A model generated the notes under the pieces. The model saw only the letters and a list, made by a program, of their open reading frames with translations, had not been told where the DNA came from and did not search any database. The translations under genes were made by a program, and so were the position numbers. DNA of 64,000 bases from Heteronotia binoei. Taxonomy: Eukaryota. The stretch spans positions 18,104,001 through 18,168,000 of the forward strand of contig NC_083235.1 in assembly GCF_032191835.1 (NCBI RefSeq), in the 5' to 3' direction. Position 1 is the first letter of the stretch; each line of letters begins with the position of its first letter. Below, in pieces: positions 47,335-58,619 of this stretch.

Positions 47335-48661
47335 CTGTCAACTTACCCCCAACTCGGGGTTTGGATTTGCTGCATGACGACAGTGCATGGGAGCCCCCGC
47401 ATAACGGACATTCGTGCTTGTATTTGCACGACTTCTGATTACACACTCCCTGGGACGAGTACTCCCAACAAAAAAGCCAGGGTTGAACCAACTGCCCCGC
47501 CGGTAAGCGGGGACCTGACGTGCTCGACTGCTTGCTCACCAAGTGACTGCTGTCTGACCTATCACCCGTGTTAGGTTTGGCCGGAGACATAAGCTGCAGC
47601 CAAAGCTGCTGGTGAATATGGTCCCAGGGAATAGCGGGGTTCAAAGCTGCCCTCATTCGGAATTCCTCGTCTTACTGCAGCCAAGCTGCACCCGAGAAGT
47701 CTGTGTAGGCTTTGTATATAATATCAACATATTGAAATAGCGGTGCCGCCCGTAAAGGCTGTGCGCGCGCTATAACCCCCGCATAAATCAGGAACCCGGG
47801 CAACCAATTGGCCCAGTTCCTCTCAACCTTTCTGCGTTTAATCTTTTCCTTATCCTTATCGTCCAACTCATCTTTGTCCTTCTTCTCGAGCTCTCGATAC
47901 AGAAGGCCAAAAACGTCCACATACTCCCCTCGCAGGATTTTCTCCCTAGTGGCTACTGTTAAGTGATCCCCTAATGGCATGGCAGTATCGCCAAAAGGGC
48001 GACACTGAAAAGGAACAGACCCTAAAGCGCTTGGGGGCCAACCCCAGCCCCCGAACTGAGAAACCGGCCAACCAGATGACCCCTGGCCGCCCCACTGGTG
48101 TCCCCAGGGAAGGGAACCAGAGGGAGACTGCTGACTCGGAGCCCCCTGGGAAGTGGAAGTAGAAGCAGCTGTCCCAGCCCCTTGAGACGAACCCCATGGC
48201 AGAATTTGCCCCTCCCCGAAAGGACCCCAAACACCTGCCACTCCAGGAGCACTTAAGGCCGCAACCGAAACCACAGGGGCCAACATGGACGGCTGACCAG
48301 CAGATCCAGCCGGATAAATTGGACACAACCCGCCCCAAGGCCACGCACCAATGCTACCCGGCCGCCCTTGCTTACCATCGGAATGATCGACACCAACCGC
48401 CAGAACAACTGGAGTAGCACCGCCGGCATTGCTCGGGCGAGCTGGCCCCTCTGAAGCGTTACCTTCCTCTTCAGAGCCAGAGTTGTTGTCGTGACGCTCC
48501 TGGTGAGACATGCCCGAAGGCCCAGGCAGAGCTGCCATATCCTGCAAAGAAGAAAGACAAGCCAGGACCTCTTGCTCAAAGGCCCTGGTAGAAGTTCGAG
48601 CAGCTTTACGCCCCCGGGCTGGACCAGTTGATCCCGGAGCCAACCCGTGTTGATGCTCCAA
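47270..48661 (-). pseudogene. Gag-like ORF1 of the Ngaro element with C-terminal Cys/His zinc finger (one nonsense)
   Basis: REKILRGEYVDVFGLL, WLQ*DEEFRMRAA (TAA at 47672, same frame on both sides), CWEYSSQGVCNQKSCKYKHECPLCGGSHALSSC. Confidence 0.85.
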
Positions 48662-48959
48662 GGCATCTAACCTATCAACTATGGCATGCCTGGTCTGAGC
48701 CTCAACATCCTCGCCAGAAACAGGCCTTTTTTGCTGGGCTTCAAGGGCTGCTTGCCCTTGGACTTACCTTGCCCTTTCCAAGGGGCCATACCTATGGCAA
48801 GCACTCCACGCAGCAGTGTAAGCTGCCGACCGTCTGTATGGCTGCAACCCCTGGACGAGGGGGAGAAGCGAAGAGGGGAGATGGGCCCACACCTACCAGG
48901 CCTGCAGAGGCTACCCTCCTCACAACAAACTCAGACTGGCAGCAGCTTTCTAGGTTCAT

Positions 48960-49105
48960 TGAGATTTTTATTTATTTATTTACTTACTTACTTACTTACT
49001 TACTTATTTATATTTACTCCAAATAGCCTAGACACTCTTTAATTGCTGGGGATTGAACCTGGGACCTTCTGCTTTCCAAACAGATGCTCCACCACTGAGC
49101 CCCCC
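48960..49105 (-). mobile_element. tRNA-derived SINE fragment with (TAAA/TAAG)n tail inside the Ngaro 5' region
   Basis: Reverse strand gctcagtggtggagcatctg...ccaggttcaatcccc gives A and B boxes; microsatellite at 48968-49012. Confidence 0.6.
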
Positions 49106-51150
49106 AGTCACTCCCAGAAATACCCCGGAGGGAAGAAGCCTAGAAAAGCGCTGACTAGCGCCTGAACTGGGCCAAAGGGGAGGGGGGGGCAAAACAAAGA
49201 AACGTGCCAAAAGCGGCGCCTGGAAAGGGCTCCCCGCCCACACGCACAACAGCGGACCAGAAACCGCCCGCTCCCAGACCCCCGGCTATAAAGTGGAGGG
49301 GAGGGGAAGCGGAGCGAAGCACACGCCAACAGCGAGAAAGGCCCCCCGCATGCCTGATTGGCGGTGTGCAAGAAAATGCCGCTCAGAACCGATCCACGAG
49401 GGGGGTGGGGGAGCGGAGCAACGAAACACGCCACACGCGGCGCCAGGAAAGGCTCCCCGCCCGCCCGCAATGAAGTGAAAGAGGGGATGGGAGGACCGAA
49501 GGAACGTCGGGAGGCTCCAAGCCCATCCGACCGTCAGCGGGCAAGACAGCGCCCGAAGGTAATCCCGCCGGAAGGAGGGGGGGAGCGAAAAGACTCAGCC
49601 AAGTAGATTCGCTGACGGGAGAGAAGATGAAGGGAGACTTCAGCCTCGAACGCCGAGGCCAGGCCCTGCTACGCCGCACCGCAGAGGAGTGGGGGAAGAT
49701 GCTATCTTCCTCCAAAACGGCCAGCAGAACTGCATGGCCTCGGGCGTGGCCGGGCTTATAAAGCCCCTCCAGACCACGCCCGATGCTTCCCCGGATGAAG
49801 AGGCCATTGCCTTGCTCCATCCGGGGAGGCAAACTCGGCCCCGGCCCTAAAGCCGCCTGAAGTCGACGTGCGCGGGAAGGGGCCGGATTTCCTCTCCTTA
49901 ATGGGAGAAGGAAGTGCTTTGGAGGAACCTAGAAGGCATCCTCCAATCAGATCTGTGGTATTGTTCTTCCTCCTCACCCTCACTCATTCAGTTGCTCCAA
50001 GGACTGCAAAGTTTTAAACTCTGTGATCAGTGAACAAAAATAGCATTCTCATAAGAAGAGGGTTTAATCTAGTTGCCTGGCCTTAAGGAATGAAAATGAT
50101 ATCCTAAAGACCAAATGGATATGTCACCCCAGCCTCTGCTCATTTCAGTCACCAAAACTCTCTTCTACAAGTTTGTTCTTTGAGCAGCTGAATAACCTTT
50201 GGGTTTGGTCTACCGTAGAGGTTACCTATCAGCCAGTTTGTTGTTGCATCAGCCCCAGGCTTGTTTGTTTTGCTCTAATTAGACCTGCCATGATGAAGCC
50301 AAAGATTCATAAACCGCTAGAGAATACAGCTAATTTAGAAATCAAACCTGGTTGTAGATGACTGGAAGAGATGCCTGGATATAGTGAAGCAGAGTCCAGT
50401 TCTGAGATTTATCTCTTGAAAGGAGCCATGTAGATATTCCTGTTTAGGATTCAAGTGGGGTTTTTTTTAAGGTACTGTGTCTTCTATCACCCATTACATT
50501 TCCCTTCTTGGACAGAGTATGCTGAAAGATAAATTAATTGAATCATCTCAAAAGCTGAGAAGAACAGGGCTCTTTCTTGACCCCCATCCCAGTACTTATG
50601 TTGTATGTCTCACAAAGGATCGGACATACAGATCTTCTATTAGTAGTATTATCTGCTTTGGGCTTTTCAAATACCCACAGTTGGTTCAAGCCAGTATTTT
50701 AAAAAGTCTTTCAATACAAACATCCCCAGTCTGTTACCATACAGAGTGCTGCCAACTGTTCATGCAAGACAACTGAAATTGCTGCTCTTTTTGTGAACAC
50801 AGACTTTATACAATCATATGAGATTCTCAACTCAAGAGTATTTATGCCATTAAAGGTTCTGAATCTGAATCAGTGCAAGAGGAAATGGGTATAGTAAGCA
50901 AGGTAAGTAAACCATTGCAAAGTAAACAATTGCAAACCGTTGCAAAGCAAAGTATATTTTCAATGATTTACAATTATTGCTATACATTTTGTTCTACAGT
51001 TTTTAACAAGATGTTATTTAGCGGCTGACATACAATAATGTGATGCAGGGGTATATATGATTCGAGGCCCAGAGAGAACTCAGTTCAATCCTCAGTCTGA
51101 CCTCACCCATGCAGTTATTGTGAGAATGAAATGAGGGAGTAGAAAACAAT

Positions 51151-51331
51151 GACCAATTTCACACTAGAGCTTTAATCCTGGTTTAACTCTGTCCCCAAGC
51201 TGACATTCTACACTGGAATCATAGAATCAGAAAAACCAACTCTATGACTCCATGATTCTATGTTTTTAGTGTAGAATGTCAGCTTGGGAACAGGGCTAAA
51301 CCAAGATTAAAAGTCTAGTGTGAAATCAGTC
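51151..51331. mobile_element. Palindromic MITE (181 bp, Harbinger-like) upstream of OR-D
   Basis: gaccaatttcacactag...ctagtgtgaaatcagtc inverted arms of ~65 bp; empty site in the OR-B paralog at ~20010. Confidence 0.8.
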
Positions 51332-51603
51332 TGTGTGTGTTATTCTAAATACCTTGGAAGAATCGATGTCTAGAAACATAGTAGGTAGATATACTTCAAG
51401 GTCAACTTACTTTTCAAGGACAATTGCTGATGTTCCACAAATGGACTTCCGTTGCCTTTTCCTAACATTTCACTGGCCTTCTCTGATCTATTGTGCCACT
51501 ATCTGAACCACAATTCAGAAGCCCAGAGAATATCCAAGATGTGCCGTGTCCCAAGAAGTATGTTTCTATTTATTTTACAGGGAACAAAACAGGAAAGGAC
51601 CAT

Positions 51604-52536
51604 ATGGGGGATAGCAACACGTCCGAGGTGAACGAGTTCATCTTGCTTGGGATTTCCGATAACCCCAGGGCTCAGATGGTGATGTTTGTGGTTTTTCTCA
51701 TCTTCTACCTCCTCACACTATTCGGTAACAGCCTTCTCATTGCCCTAATCATTCTGAGTCCCCTTCTTCACACACCGATGTATTTCTTTCTTTGCAACCT
51801 CTCCTTCTTGGACATGTTCTACACCACCTGCAGCATTCCTCAGATGCTGATTAACTGTTTCATCCGCCGACCCACCATATCCTATACCCGATGCATAATT
51901 GTGATGTATGCCGGTCTCCTTCTCGGCATAGCAGAATGTTTCTTGCTGGCTGTCATGGCGTATGACCGCTTTAACGCCATATGCAACCCTTTGCATTACA
52001 CCGTCATAATGAGTTGGAAGGTGTGTATCCAGTTGGCCGCCTTATCTTGGGGCAGTGCCATTGTGATCGCTCTGATGCCTCGGCTGTTTCAACCCACTCA
52101 GTTTTGTGGCCACAACATCATCAACCACTTCACTTGTGAGCTTCAGTCGTTCTTCAAGCTGGCTTGCTCAGATATACATGTGGCTGAGATTGTCATCACG
52201 ACCAATGGCTTTATTGTCCTTGTTGTGCCCTTCAGTTTCATCTTGGTGACCTATGGGCGCATTGCCCAGGCTGTGATGCGCATGCACTCAGCCAAGGGAC
52301 GAGGCAAGGCTTTTTCAACCTGTGGGTCCCATCTGGTGGTGGTCAGCATCTTCTATGGATCAGCCTTCTCCATGTACTTGCGGCCTCAAGGCAAAACCAT
52401 CTCTGACCTTGACAAAATTGCCTCCCTGTTTTATGGAGTGGTGGCCCCAATGCTCAACCCTTTGATTTACAGCCTTAGAAATAAAGATGTGAAAGGAGCC
52501 TTTTGGAGAGTGCTTGGGAAGAAAATGCCTGAATGA
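51604..52536 (+). CDS. OR-D: intact class II olfactory receptor, 310 aa; paralog of OR-B
   Basis: All OR motifs; acceptor tattttacAG at 51579-51580; upstream donor AAG|GTAAGT at 50903; an 8-nt insertion at the C-terminus gives an earlier stop than in OR-B. Confidence 0.96.
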   Translation: MGDSNTSEVNEFILLGISDNPRAQMVMFVVFLIFYLLTLFGNSLLIALIILSPLLHTPMYFFLCNLSFLDMFYTTCSIPQMLINCFIRRPTISYTRCIIVMYAGLLLGIAECFLLAVMAYDRFNAICNPLHYTVIMSWKVCIQLAALSWGSAIVIALMPRLFQPTQFCGHNIINHFTCELQSFFKLACSDIHVAEIVITTNGFIVLVVPFSFILVTYGRIAQAVMRMHSAKGRGKAFSTCGSHLVVVSIFYGSAFSMYLRPQGKTISDLDKIASLFYGVVAPMLNPLIYSLRNKDVKGAFWRVLGKKMPE

Positions 52537-54402
52537 AGAATTTGCCCTCCACCTCTCTGTCCAGTCATCCCCTCCACGATAAAACAGTTTCCTTCATTTC
52601 CCCTTCCTTCCTTTTCCTCTTTCCTTTTGTCAATCAGATTTTCTACTTTGTTTCGTCAAATCTTTCTTTATTTTCCCACCCATCTTTCTTTCCTTCCAAA
52701 TCACAGAAATTAGGACCACTCCTGAAAGTTGTACTGGTTTTACAAAATCTAGTTTACTTATTATAACAATATAGGATGAGTTTACATTTTTGAAAATGTG
52801 CTCCTAGTGCCCTTCAAGTAGGGAATTTGTGGAGATTTGGGGACAGAGGTAAGGGAAAGAGTCTAGCGAGAGGGGAAGAAGATCAGAAAGGATATAGTAT
52901 AAGAGCATCCATCCTCTGAAGCTGTCATTTCCTGATTTCTGTTGTGTAGAGACTGGGGATAACTGACAGCAACATCTGGAGGGAGGCAATCCTAGATTTT
53001 GAGAAGGAAGTTATATGGACATGGCCAGTCCGTTTGACCTGAGGGTACAGAGAGGAGTGTACAGAAGAAGGTATTCCAAACACTATGGAACTGAATGAAT
53101 TGTCATATGTCATTGTGCGTAGTATAGCCAGGAGGTCCTAAGATTGTCTGGTAGCCACAGAAATCTGTTCAGAATCAGAACTACAACAGGGCAAATGTCA
53201 GGGCTGAATCTGAGAGTTTTGGCTCTATCTCCCAGTCTTACTTGAAAGGTTAACCTTTGGCCAGTCACATAGTCTCCACCAAACCTACTTCACAGAGTTG
53301 TGGGGGCAGGGGGGGGGGAATGAACAGAGAATGATGTATGCCACTCTGTGCTCTTTAAAATGTGACAGATCATTTCTAGTCTGTTTGGCATTTGAATGCA
53401 AGAGATACTGCCAGTACCAGGTTATTCTGACTGTGTAACCCATTTTCTCTACTGATGGTTTGTATTTTCTGCATATGGTCAAACAAGTTCAGAAGAAAAC
53501 AGGATGCAAATGAAAATAAATGTGTTCAGTCGGTCTTCATCTTCTAATATTTCTTACTTCAAAGTGATGTTATTGCGCTCTATATAGCAACAAAACTGGC
53601 CTCTCTTTGTAACCTGTCCTTACATCTTCTTTTCCACAAGTTCAAGTATAGGTTGTGGTCAGACGAGCTGTTTGATCTGATGTTATTGCTGTTACCCTGC
53701 AGATTGAAAATGCACGATCAAACAGCATCATCCCTATCTCGCCCCGCAGTTATCATTGTCACTCCTCTCCGATTGTGTGTTTTCCAACACCGGGGAGAGT
53801 CTAAGGTTTAAAGATGTCAGCTGTTTCTGTTGGAGCAAGAATCTACATAAACCCAGTCTGACAGCCACAGTATGACAGCTGGTGATCTAGCTGCCAGGCT
53901 AGGTCACAGTGACCTGATCAGCAGACCGGCTTGAGCCGGCAGAAGCCAAGTGATGCAATCTGCTGAGTCAGCACGGCCAGGATTGGCTGCTTGGACTATA
54001 TATGATCTGTGTGTGCATCACACAGGTCTCTCCCTGTGAGATGGTGGTTAGGCGAAGCACTTTGTCCGTGGAGGTGATATTGTATAGACTGCACAAGAGA
54101 GCACTTGTCGTGTATATATGTTAATACACCTTTTGGCACTAGTTGCACGTGTCTGCCTGATTTTCTTTCCTGAAGCCCTGTGTCGGGCAAGTCATCTCCC
54201 TCACTCTGCTACTCCCGCTCCGACAGGGTTATGGGCCCAGGGCGGTTCCGCTGCGCGGAGGAGAGAGTTGAGAGTTGAGCTGACTGTGAGTTTGGAAAGA
54301 GCCGGAGGCGAGGAACGCCGGTGAAGGACACAGAAGCACCACCGTTCTCTGTTTGAGAGCCAGAGGGACGTCGGCAGCCAGCCGTGAGGAGGAGTCGGCA
54401 CG

Positions 54403-56238
54403 ATGGCTCAGCAACAGCTTGGAGTAGCCGTTGAGAAGCTCACCTCAGCCAACTACGCGGTGTGGAGCCTGAGAATGCAACACTACCTCAAGCGTGAAGG
54501 GCAATGGCTGTTCGTGAGTAACCCCCCTGCTGACTTATCTCCTGCCGAGACTGTGTTATCGGATAAGGCACTGGCCAACATAGTGCTATCTATAGGAGAT
54601 GACCAGCTGGTTTATGTGCGAGGGAAGGACACTCCCAAGGCTGCCTGGGACGCGTTGAGTGCGGTGCATGTTAGCACCACTGCTGGTTCCCTCATGGCCT
54701 TGACAAGGAGGATGTTCCGCACCGTTATGCCGGCTGGAGGGTGTGTGAAAGATCACATCAAACGGCTAACGGACTGTTTCGTTGAGCTGGAGGCAAGAGG
54801 CAAGACTGTAGCTCCAGACGACAGAGTGTACATTTTGCTGTCGTCGTTGCCACCTGAGTACACTCCCCTGATAACTTCTCTGGAGACGGTGGACGTAGCG
54901 ACCCTGACCATGGAATACGTCTGTGCCCACCTGCTTGACTTCCAAGAGAGAATTGCGGCCGTGAGCTGTCCGGGGGTGTCGGCCAGGCAGCGTGCTGTTA
55001 TCGGTGTGTCCGGGAAGACAGCCAAGAATGAGCCAGCTTTTGCTGCTGGCAGGCGTCCGAAGGTGGAGGAAGTGGAGCCGACTGCGTTTGCAGTCCGTCG
55101 CTGCTATGGATGCGGGTCGTCGCAGCACCTGCTCCGAGCTTGCCCTGAGAGGGAGAAGAGGCGGGGGCGTGTGCGGCGAGAGCGGAGGACCGCCAGCCCG
55201 TGTGAGGAAGCAACCCGGCTGGTCACGTCTGCAGTAGAGAGCACAGGGTCTGCTTGGATTTTAGACTCCGGGGCAACGAGCCATCTCTGCTGCGAGAAGG
55301 AGTTGTTGAAAAACATTGACAGTCCTGAGCATAAGTATGTGAGATTGGCTGATGGGACCACTGCCAATTCTGTTTGCTCAGGCAATGTGGAATTTCCTGC
55401 ACTGAAATGTATGTTGCAAAATGTGTTGTATGTACCCTCACTGCAGTCTAACCTGTTGAGTGTTAGCACACTGTTTGACCAGGGATACCAGGTGAGATTT
55501 GAGAAAACCTGCTGCAAAATCCTGGGAGGTGGGGGAAAGTTGCTTGTGACAGGAAAAAGGGAAGGTAAACTGTATGTGGTCCAGAGTGATTGTGCCCAGG
55601 TGGCTCAGGTGTCGAATGAGCCTGTGCACAATAATTGTATACATTTGCTCCATAGGAGACTTGGGCACTGCGGATTTAGGGCGTTAAAGAAAACCCTGGA
55701 GCTTGTGCCCAGTTTGAAAGTAAATCCTTGCAAATGTTACTTGGATTGCCAGGTCTGCAAGAAGACCAAAAGCAAGGCGTGTGCTGTTGCTAAAGAAAGC
55801 TCAAGGGAAAGCACACGAGCCCTGGAACTAGTCCATTTAGACGTTATTGGCCCATTGCCAAAGAGTCTGTCGGGGAGGAGATACTGCTTGGTGGCCACCG
55901 ACGACCACACGAGGTACGCGTGGGTTTTCACCATGGTGCATAAGTCTGAGGTGTATAAGACATTCACCAAGTGGGTCAAAGCAGTGGAGAGACAATTAGG
56001 GGTTAATCTCCTAGCTGTACAAACCGACAGAGGGGGGGAATTCTTATCTAACCAGATGAAACGTTGGCTGGAGAACAAGGGCATCGCCCACCGTCTGACG
56101 AACCCGGCAACGCCCCGAGAAAATGGGCATGGGGCTGTATTGCAGAATGTGATGCATTGCATGTTAGAGGATGCACAACTGCCAATGACCTATTGGGCAG
56201 AAACCATACATGCAGCTGTTTTTTTGCAAAATATGTAA
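54403..56238 (+). CDS. Copia Gag-protease-integrase ORF (611 aa)
   Basis: KLTSANYAVW, zinc knuckle CYGCGSSQHLLRAC, protease WILDSGATSH, HRRLGH...CQVC, HLDVIGP, TDRGGEF; PR-IN order is diagnostic of copia. Confidence 0.92.
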   Translation: MAQQQLGVAVEKLTSANYAVWSLRMQHYLKREGQWLFVSNPPADLSPAETVLSDKALANIVLSIGDDQLVYVRGKDTPKAAWDALSAVHVSTTAGSLMALTRRMFRTVMPAGGCVKDHIKRLTDCFVELEARGKTVAPDDRVYILLSSLPPEYTPLITSLETVDVATLTMEYVCAHLLDFQERIAAVSCPGVSARQRAVIGVSGKTAKNEPAFAAGRRPKVEEVEPTAFAVRRCYGCGSSQHLLRACPEREKRRGRVRRERRTASPCEEATRLVTSAVESTGSAWILDSGATSHLCCEKELLKNIDSPEHKYVRLADGTTANSVCSGNVEFPALKCMLQNVLYVPSLQSNLLSVSTLFDQGYQVRFEKTCCKILGGGGKLLVTGKREGKLYVVQSDCAQVAQVSNEPVHNNCIHLLHRRLGHCGFRALKKTLELVPSLKVNPCKCYLDCQVCKKTKSKACAVAKESSRESTRALELVHLDVIGPLPKSLSGRRYCLVATDDHTRYAWVFTMVHKSEVYKTFTKWVKAVERQLGVNLLAVQTDRGGEFLSNQMKRWLENKGIAHRLTNPATPRENGHGAVLQNVMHCMLEDAQLPMTYWAETIHAAVFLQNM

Positions 56239-57055
56239 TACTGTGAAAAATGTGCCTTACAGGTTACTGTTGAACAAGACCCCAGATTTGAGTTCTTTAA
56301 AAGTCTTTGGGTCACGGGCTCGGGTTGGCATCCACTCCACGAGTAGCGGGGAGGGGGATGTCCGGGCAGAGAGCCTAATTTTTCTGGGCTACAAGCCAAG
56401 GGCCAGGTGTTATCGCTTCTGCAATAGCAAAAGCAAGATAACACTTAATAAGAGTGCCCAGTTCAATGAAGAAAGCAGCTGGCCAAGGTTGCACTCCTTG
56501 CAGAAACAATTTGTCCTGCTGCCAAGTAGCGATAACGATGTTGGAGCGCAGCCCAGAACTCCAGCCCAGGAGGTGGCACCCAGTGGGGCTGGAGAAGGTG
56601 AGCCGAATGCTGGCACAGAGCCCGACGAGCAGAGTCAGGAGGCAGAGCCTCAAATGCAGGAACTGGAGGTAAAGTGTGAGAGTCAGGAGGTTCAACACCC
56701 AATTACAGGGGCAGAGCAACCAGCCCAGGAGGTGGGAACAGAGCAACCCGAAGAAGACAAAGCTGGTCCAAGCACAGGGCCACGGGTGTCTGCCAGGTCC
56801 ACCAAAGGCCAACGTCCCGCTAGGTACAAGTGTCCCTATGTCACTCTGACTGTCAATCCAGACCCACCCGGATTAGAGGAAATGTTAAAAGAAAAGGCTA
56901 AGAAATGGAAAGCCTGGGTGGCAGAGTGCGAGGCAAGGGAGAAGGAGGCTGAAGCCAAGCGTCTGAAAGAGCTGGCTGAACAGGAACACGATGATGTGTT
57001 TTACAATCATGATGAGTTCCTGAACGAATTCCGGAAAGGGTTCCGAGCTACGTAA
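56210..57055 (+). CDS. Frameshifted copia continuation: SH3-like integrase C-terminus, acidic linker, charged tail; no RT
   Basis: LKVFGSRA...LIFLGY...YRF then a P/E/Q-rich linker; no YVDD or RNase H motifs before the 3' LTR. Confidence 0.75.
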   Translation: MQLFFCKICNTVKNVPYRLLLNKTPDLSSLKVFGSRARVGIHSTSSGEGDVRAESLIFLGYKPRARCYRFCNSKSKITLNKSAQFNEESSWPRLHSLQKQFVLLPSSDNDVGAQPRTPAQEVAPSGAGEGEPNAGTEPDEQSQEAEPQMQELEVKCESQEVQHPITGAEQPAQEVGTEQPEEDKAGPSTGPRVSARSTKGQRPARYKCPYVTLTVNPDPPGLEEMLKEKAKKWKAWVAECEAREKEAEAKRLKELAEQEHDDVFYNHDEFLNEFRKGFRAT

Positions 57056-57741
57056 ATATGAACTGTAATGTTGCTGGTGGACATGTATGTAAACTGTGTA
57101 AAGTGTTTTGGGTATACTGGGTTTAAATAGATTAGGAGGTGTGTTGGAGCAAGAATCTACATAAACCCAGTCTGACAGCCACAGTATGACAGCTGGTGAT
57201 CTAGCTGCCAGGCTAGGTCACAGTGACCTGATCAGCAGACCGGCTTGAGCCGGCAGAAGCCAAGTGATGCAATCTGCTGAGTCAGCACGGCCAGGATTGG
57301 CTGCTTGGACTATATATGATCTGTGTGTGCATCACACAGGTCTCTCCCTGTGAGATGGTGGTTAGGCGAAGCACTTTGTCCGTGGAGGTGATATTGTATA
57401 GACTGCACAAGAGAGCACTTGTCGTGTATATATGTTAATACACCTTTTGGCACTAGTTGCACGTGTCTGCCTGATTTTCTTTCCTGAAGCCCTGTGTCGG
57501 GCAAGTCATCTCCCTCACTCTGCTACTCCCGCTCCGACAGTTTCACCCTGTATTTCCAGATGTCTGATTTTTCCATCGCAGTCTCAAGCCATATGGGAAG
57601 TTTGAACCTTTCCTTCCGTTTTTGTCAAATATTTTTTGAAGCAATTAGTGGTGTTTGCATCATCAGATCTTCACACAAGGGTTTTGAATCACTACTTGCA
57701 TGATTGTTTGCTGCAATATTTTGTTGTGATAGGGAGCACAT

Positions 57742-58255
57742 CATAGAATCATAGAGTTGGGAGGGACCTCCAGAGTCATCTAGTCCAACCCCCTGCACAA
57801 TACAGGAAACTCACAAATACCTCCCCCTAAATTCACAGGATCTTCATTGCTAGCAGATGGCCATCTAGCCTCTGTTTAAAAACCTCCAAGGAAGGATAGC
57901 CCACCACCTCCCAAGGAAGCCTGTTCCACTGAGGAACCACTCTAACGGTCAGGAAGTTCGTTCTAATGTTGTGCCGGAAACTCTTTTGATTCAATTTCAA
58001 CCCATTGGTTCTGGTCTAGCCTTCTGGGGCCACATAAAACAATTCCACACTATCCTTTAGATGACTGCCTTTCAAGTAGTTGAAGACAGTGATCGTATCA
58101 CCTTTCAGCCATCTCCTCTCCAGGCTAAACATGCCCAGCTCCTTCAACCTTCTTCATAGGACTTGGTCTCCAGACTGCTCTCCATTTTCGTCACCCTCCT
58201 CTGGACCTGTTCCAGCTTATCTATATCCTTCTTAAAATGTGGTGCCCAAAACTGA
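57742..58255 (-). mobile_element. CR1 LINE 3' fragment
   Basis: catagaatcatagagttgggagggacc tail followed by typical reverse CR1 ORF2 sequence to cccaaaactga. Confidence 0.8.
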
Positions 58256-58619
58256 TGGTGGGGTGGCTGTATTAGAGTGACAAATTCAAGAAAAAGAACC
58301 CTTTCTGCTGTTACTTGGGTTAGAAATAGTCCCTATCAGCAGCCAGGATTCCACCCCCAGAATTCAAGCCACTTCATAATATTGCTCTGGCAGGAAAGCT
58401 CTAAGGTGAGAGAAAAATGGGTGGGAAATGGGTGGGAAACGGAGTAAGATCAAGCAGGAAAGGGAGTGATTTCTCATTGAGAAATACAGTTGTACAGGAA
58501 CTTTACTTACAAAATGACCGCTGGAAACGCCTATGCGATCTGGGAAATCTCCAGCTCGTTTCTGGAGATAGTTTTTGGGGCTGTAATGCCAGGGGCTAAA
58601 TTCCTCCCTACCCCCTTTC

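Larger units (their letters stand above)
43051..49889 (-). mobile_element. Ngaro-type tyrosine-recombinase retrotransposon (DIRS order), full length, decayed
   Basis: Split direct repeats A1 49711-49889, B1 43780-44158, A2 43601-43779, B2 43051-43438; gag, RT, RNase H, YR and SGNH hydrolase ORFs; no TSD. Confidence 0.92.
53828..57539 (+). mobile_element. Ty1/copia LTR retrotransposon, 3712 bp, lacking RT/RNase H
   Basis: 398-bp LTRs 53828-54225 and 57142-57539 (no difference seen by eye), TG..CA ends, 5-bp TSD GTTTC, PBS gggttatgggcccag, purine-rich tract before the 3' LTR. Confidence 0.96.

Noticed and set aside
47374-49832. Numerous overlapping plus-strand ORFs across the Ngaro element
   Set aside because: Antisense shadows of GC-rich coding and repeat sequence.
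53500-53827. Copia target region (continuing 57540-57700) as a decayed L1 ORF1 on the minus strand
   Set aside because: Only a vague FDRAF similarity with many stops; not supportable without a search.
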